A model generated the notes under the pieces. That model had not been told where the DNA came from. It ran no database searches and saw nothing but the letters and a program-made list of their open reading frames with translations. Below, piece after piece: positions 62,469-64,000 of a DNA stretch of 64,000 nt. This DNA comes from Isurus oxyrinchus. Lineage: Eukaryota. Location: contig JANJGN010000004.1 of the NCBI GenBank assembly GCA_026770705.1, forward strand, positions 87,916,001 to 87,980,000, read 5' to 3'. Position 1 is the stretch's first letter. Each line of letters starts with the position of its first letter. The position numbers and the translations under genes are program-made.

Positions 62469-64000
62469 GGGCTGAGTTTTCTAGTTGGCAGGTGGGCGGA
62501 GTGGGAGTGGGCGTGGGCGGGGGCAGGGGCAGGTGTGGACCTGATTGCTGCCTGTGCTCGGGTCCGCGCTGCCATTTTATATGGGTAGGCCAATTAAGGC
62601 CCGCCCAGCGTAATGCACCACTCTCAAGAATAGCGGGAGTGGGTGGGTGGCGATGGGACTGCACTGTCTGCCAGGTCCAATGGCAACCCGGCGGCCTGTT
62701 TATATGAAGCGTTGGCAGCCTTTGCAAGGCTGCTCACAATGGCAATTGCCGGCCAGTCTGGAGGGTAGGGCAGTGGAGCAGGCCAGGCTGGAGTGTAGGG
62801 CAGGAGATCAGGCTAATCTGGAGGGTAGGGCAGTGGAGCAGGCCAGGCTGGAGGGTAGGGCAGGACAGCAGGCTAGTCTGGAGGGTAGGGCAGTGGAGCA
62901 GGCCATGCTGGAGGGTAAGGCAGGAGAGCAGGCCAGACTGGAGGGTAGGGCAGGGGAGCACTGTGCCCCTTGTTTTTTGGATGATGGCCTTGCGGCCCTC
63001 CTCGAGGAGGTGGCAGCACAGAAGGAGATGCTGGTTCCCCAGGATGGGAGGAGGAGGCTCCCCTCCACATGACGAAATGCGCTTGGGAGGAGATGGCGGC
63101 GGTGGTGAGCTCCTGCGCCGTGGTGCAGGGCACCTGGAGCCAGTGTCGTAAGCGCTTCAAGACTTGTTGGCATTGGTCACTTAACCCAGCAGGTCGTTTT
63201 AACCCCCTGCAGCCCACCACCCCCCCCCACCCCACCCCCCGCCACACAAGCCTCAGTATCGTGACTGCATTGAATTATTGACGGAATGTGTCCTTTGCTA
63301 GGTGGGCCAGCAGATGTTGCCCATGCCTGGGTCAGCCTGAGAGGATGGTGAAGAGATGGGTTCTGCGCCTACAGCATGTGGTACACTGAGACCCACATGA
63401 CTGTTTTGGGGGCAACCTGGAGGAGCTGCACCTAGGCGCAGTGCTTGAACAGCAGGACATGTCCAAGTCAAGGTGATGACATGCTGGGAGGGGAGCTTCA
63501 AGGTGGTGTGGCAACGAACCATCTGTTGCCCTCTGCGCTCCACATGCTTGCACCTCCTTGCTATGGAAGGATATACCGTGTGGTGCGTAATGTGATGTAG
63601 GCAACATGTGTCCAATGGGGGAAACAGGCCTAGTTCCTTTGTGTGAGTTTTCAGCAGCAGTGGGGTGAGGAGGCATTGGAGATCTGATATGTCCCACTCT
63701 GGGTGGGGTGGGGCGTGGGCGAAGAGAGTCCATGTGCAATTTACACTAATCGATGCTCTGCTCTCATTTTCAGGAGAAGAATGCTCATAATTTGGCAGAG
63801 CGTGCAAGGACTGGCGGCTGCTAGGCGCAGTTAGCCATTCTTAGCCACTTCGAGCAGGAGGCCCTGGATTTGGAGAGGCGCCATGCACCCAGGTCCACTG
63901 GTGTTGGTGAGGTTGGGGTGCCACGGCCAGATATTTATTCCCAACAGTGAGGTCAGTATTGCCCTCTCAACAGCTGTAGCAGTGGTGAATGTTTAATGAT
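62469..64000 (+). mobile_element. Harbinger transposon left end and Myb/SANT gene (continues past the window)
   Basis: TTA|GGGCTGAGTTTTC terminus. APCFLDDGLAALLEEV..LVPQDGRR and AWEEMAAVVSS..WSQCRKRF are separated by one frameshift at ~63070. Confidence 0.8.
62750..62960 (+). repeat. 30-bp coding tandem repeat (~7 copies of LEGRA[V/G]EQA[R/S/N/M]) upstream of the Myb domain
   Basis: CTGGAGGGTAGGGCAG(T/G)(G/A)GAGCAGGCCAGG repeated in frame within ORF 62647-63072. Confidence 0.9.

Overview
Repeat-dominated, gene-poor vertebrate genomic DNA; the repeat repertoire suggests a cartilaginous fish (inference). No intact host protein-coding gene is supportable. The main structure (3120-14583) is a pair of near-identical, 5'-truncated Tx1-clade non-LTR retrotransposons in a 5.67-kb tandem duplication, embedded in arrays of a ~144-bp tRNA-Thr(TGT)-derived SINE-like unit. 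The LINE 3' ends and some unit 3' ends join the same nucleotide inside the unit's tRNA head (^ATCAAGAGTTCAAAT), and the unit tail resembles the LINE tail. Units are separated by short spacers, one identical to the target-site duplication flanking the whole locus. This looks like a LINE/SINE pair in which the SINE is both cargo and target. Elsewhere: four decayed Harbinger transposons (Myb/SANT plus DDE genes), CR1-group, L2, RTE and an older Tx1-like LINE, a Gypsy integrase end with LTR, a pol-less Gypsy-like element whose gag N-terminus is followed by a UACA/RAI14-like coiled coil, an env-like 1-kb insert, Penelope-type hammerhead motifs, and a 5.9-kb array of a 34-bp minisatellite with higher-order duplications.
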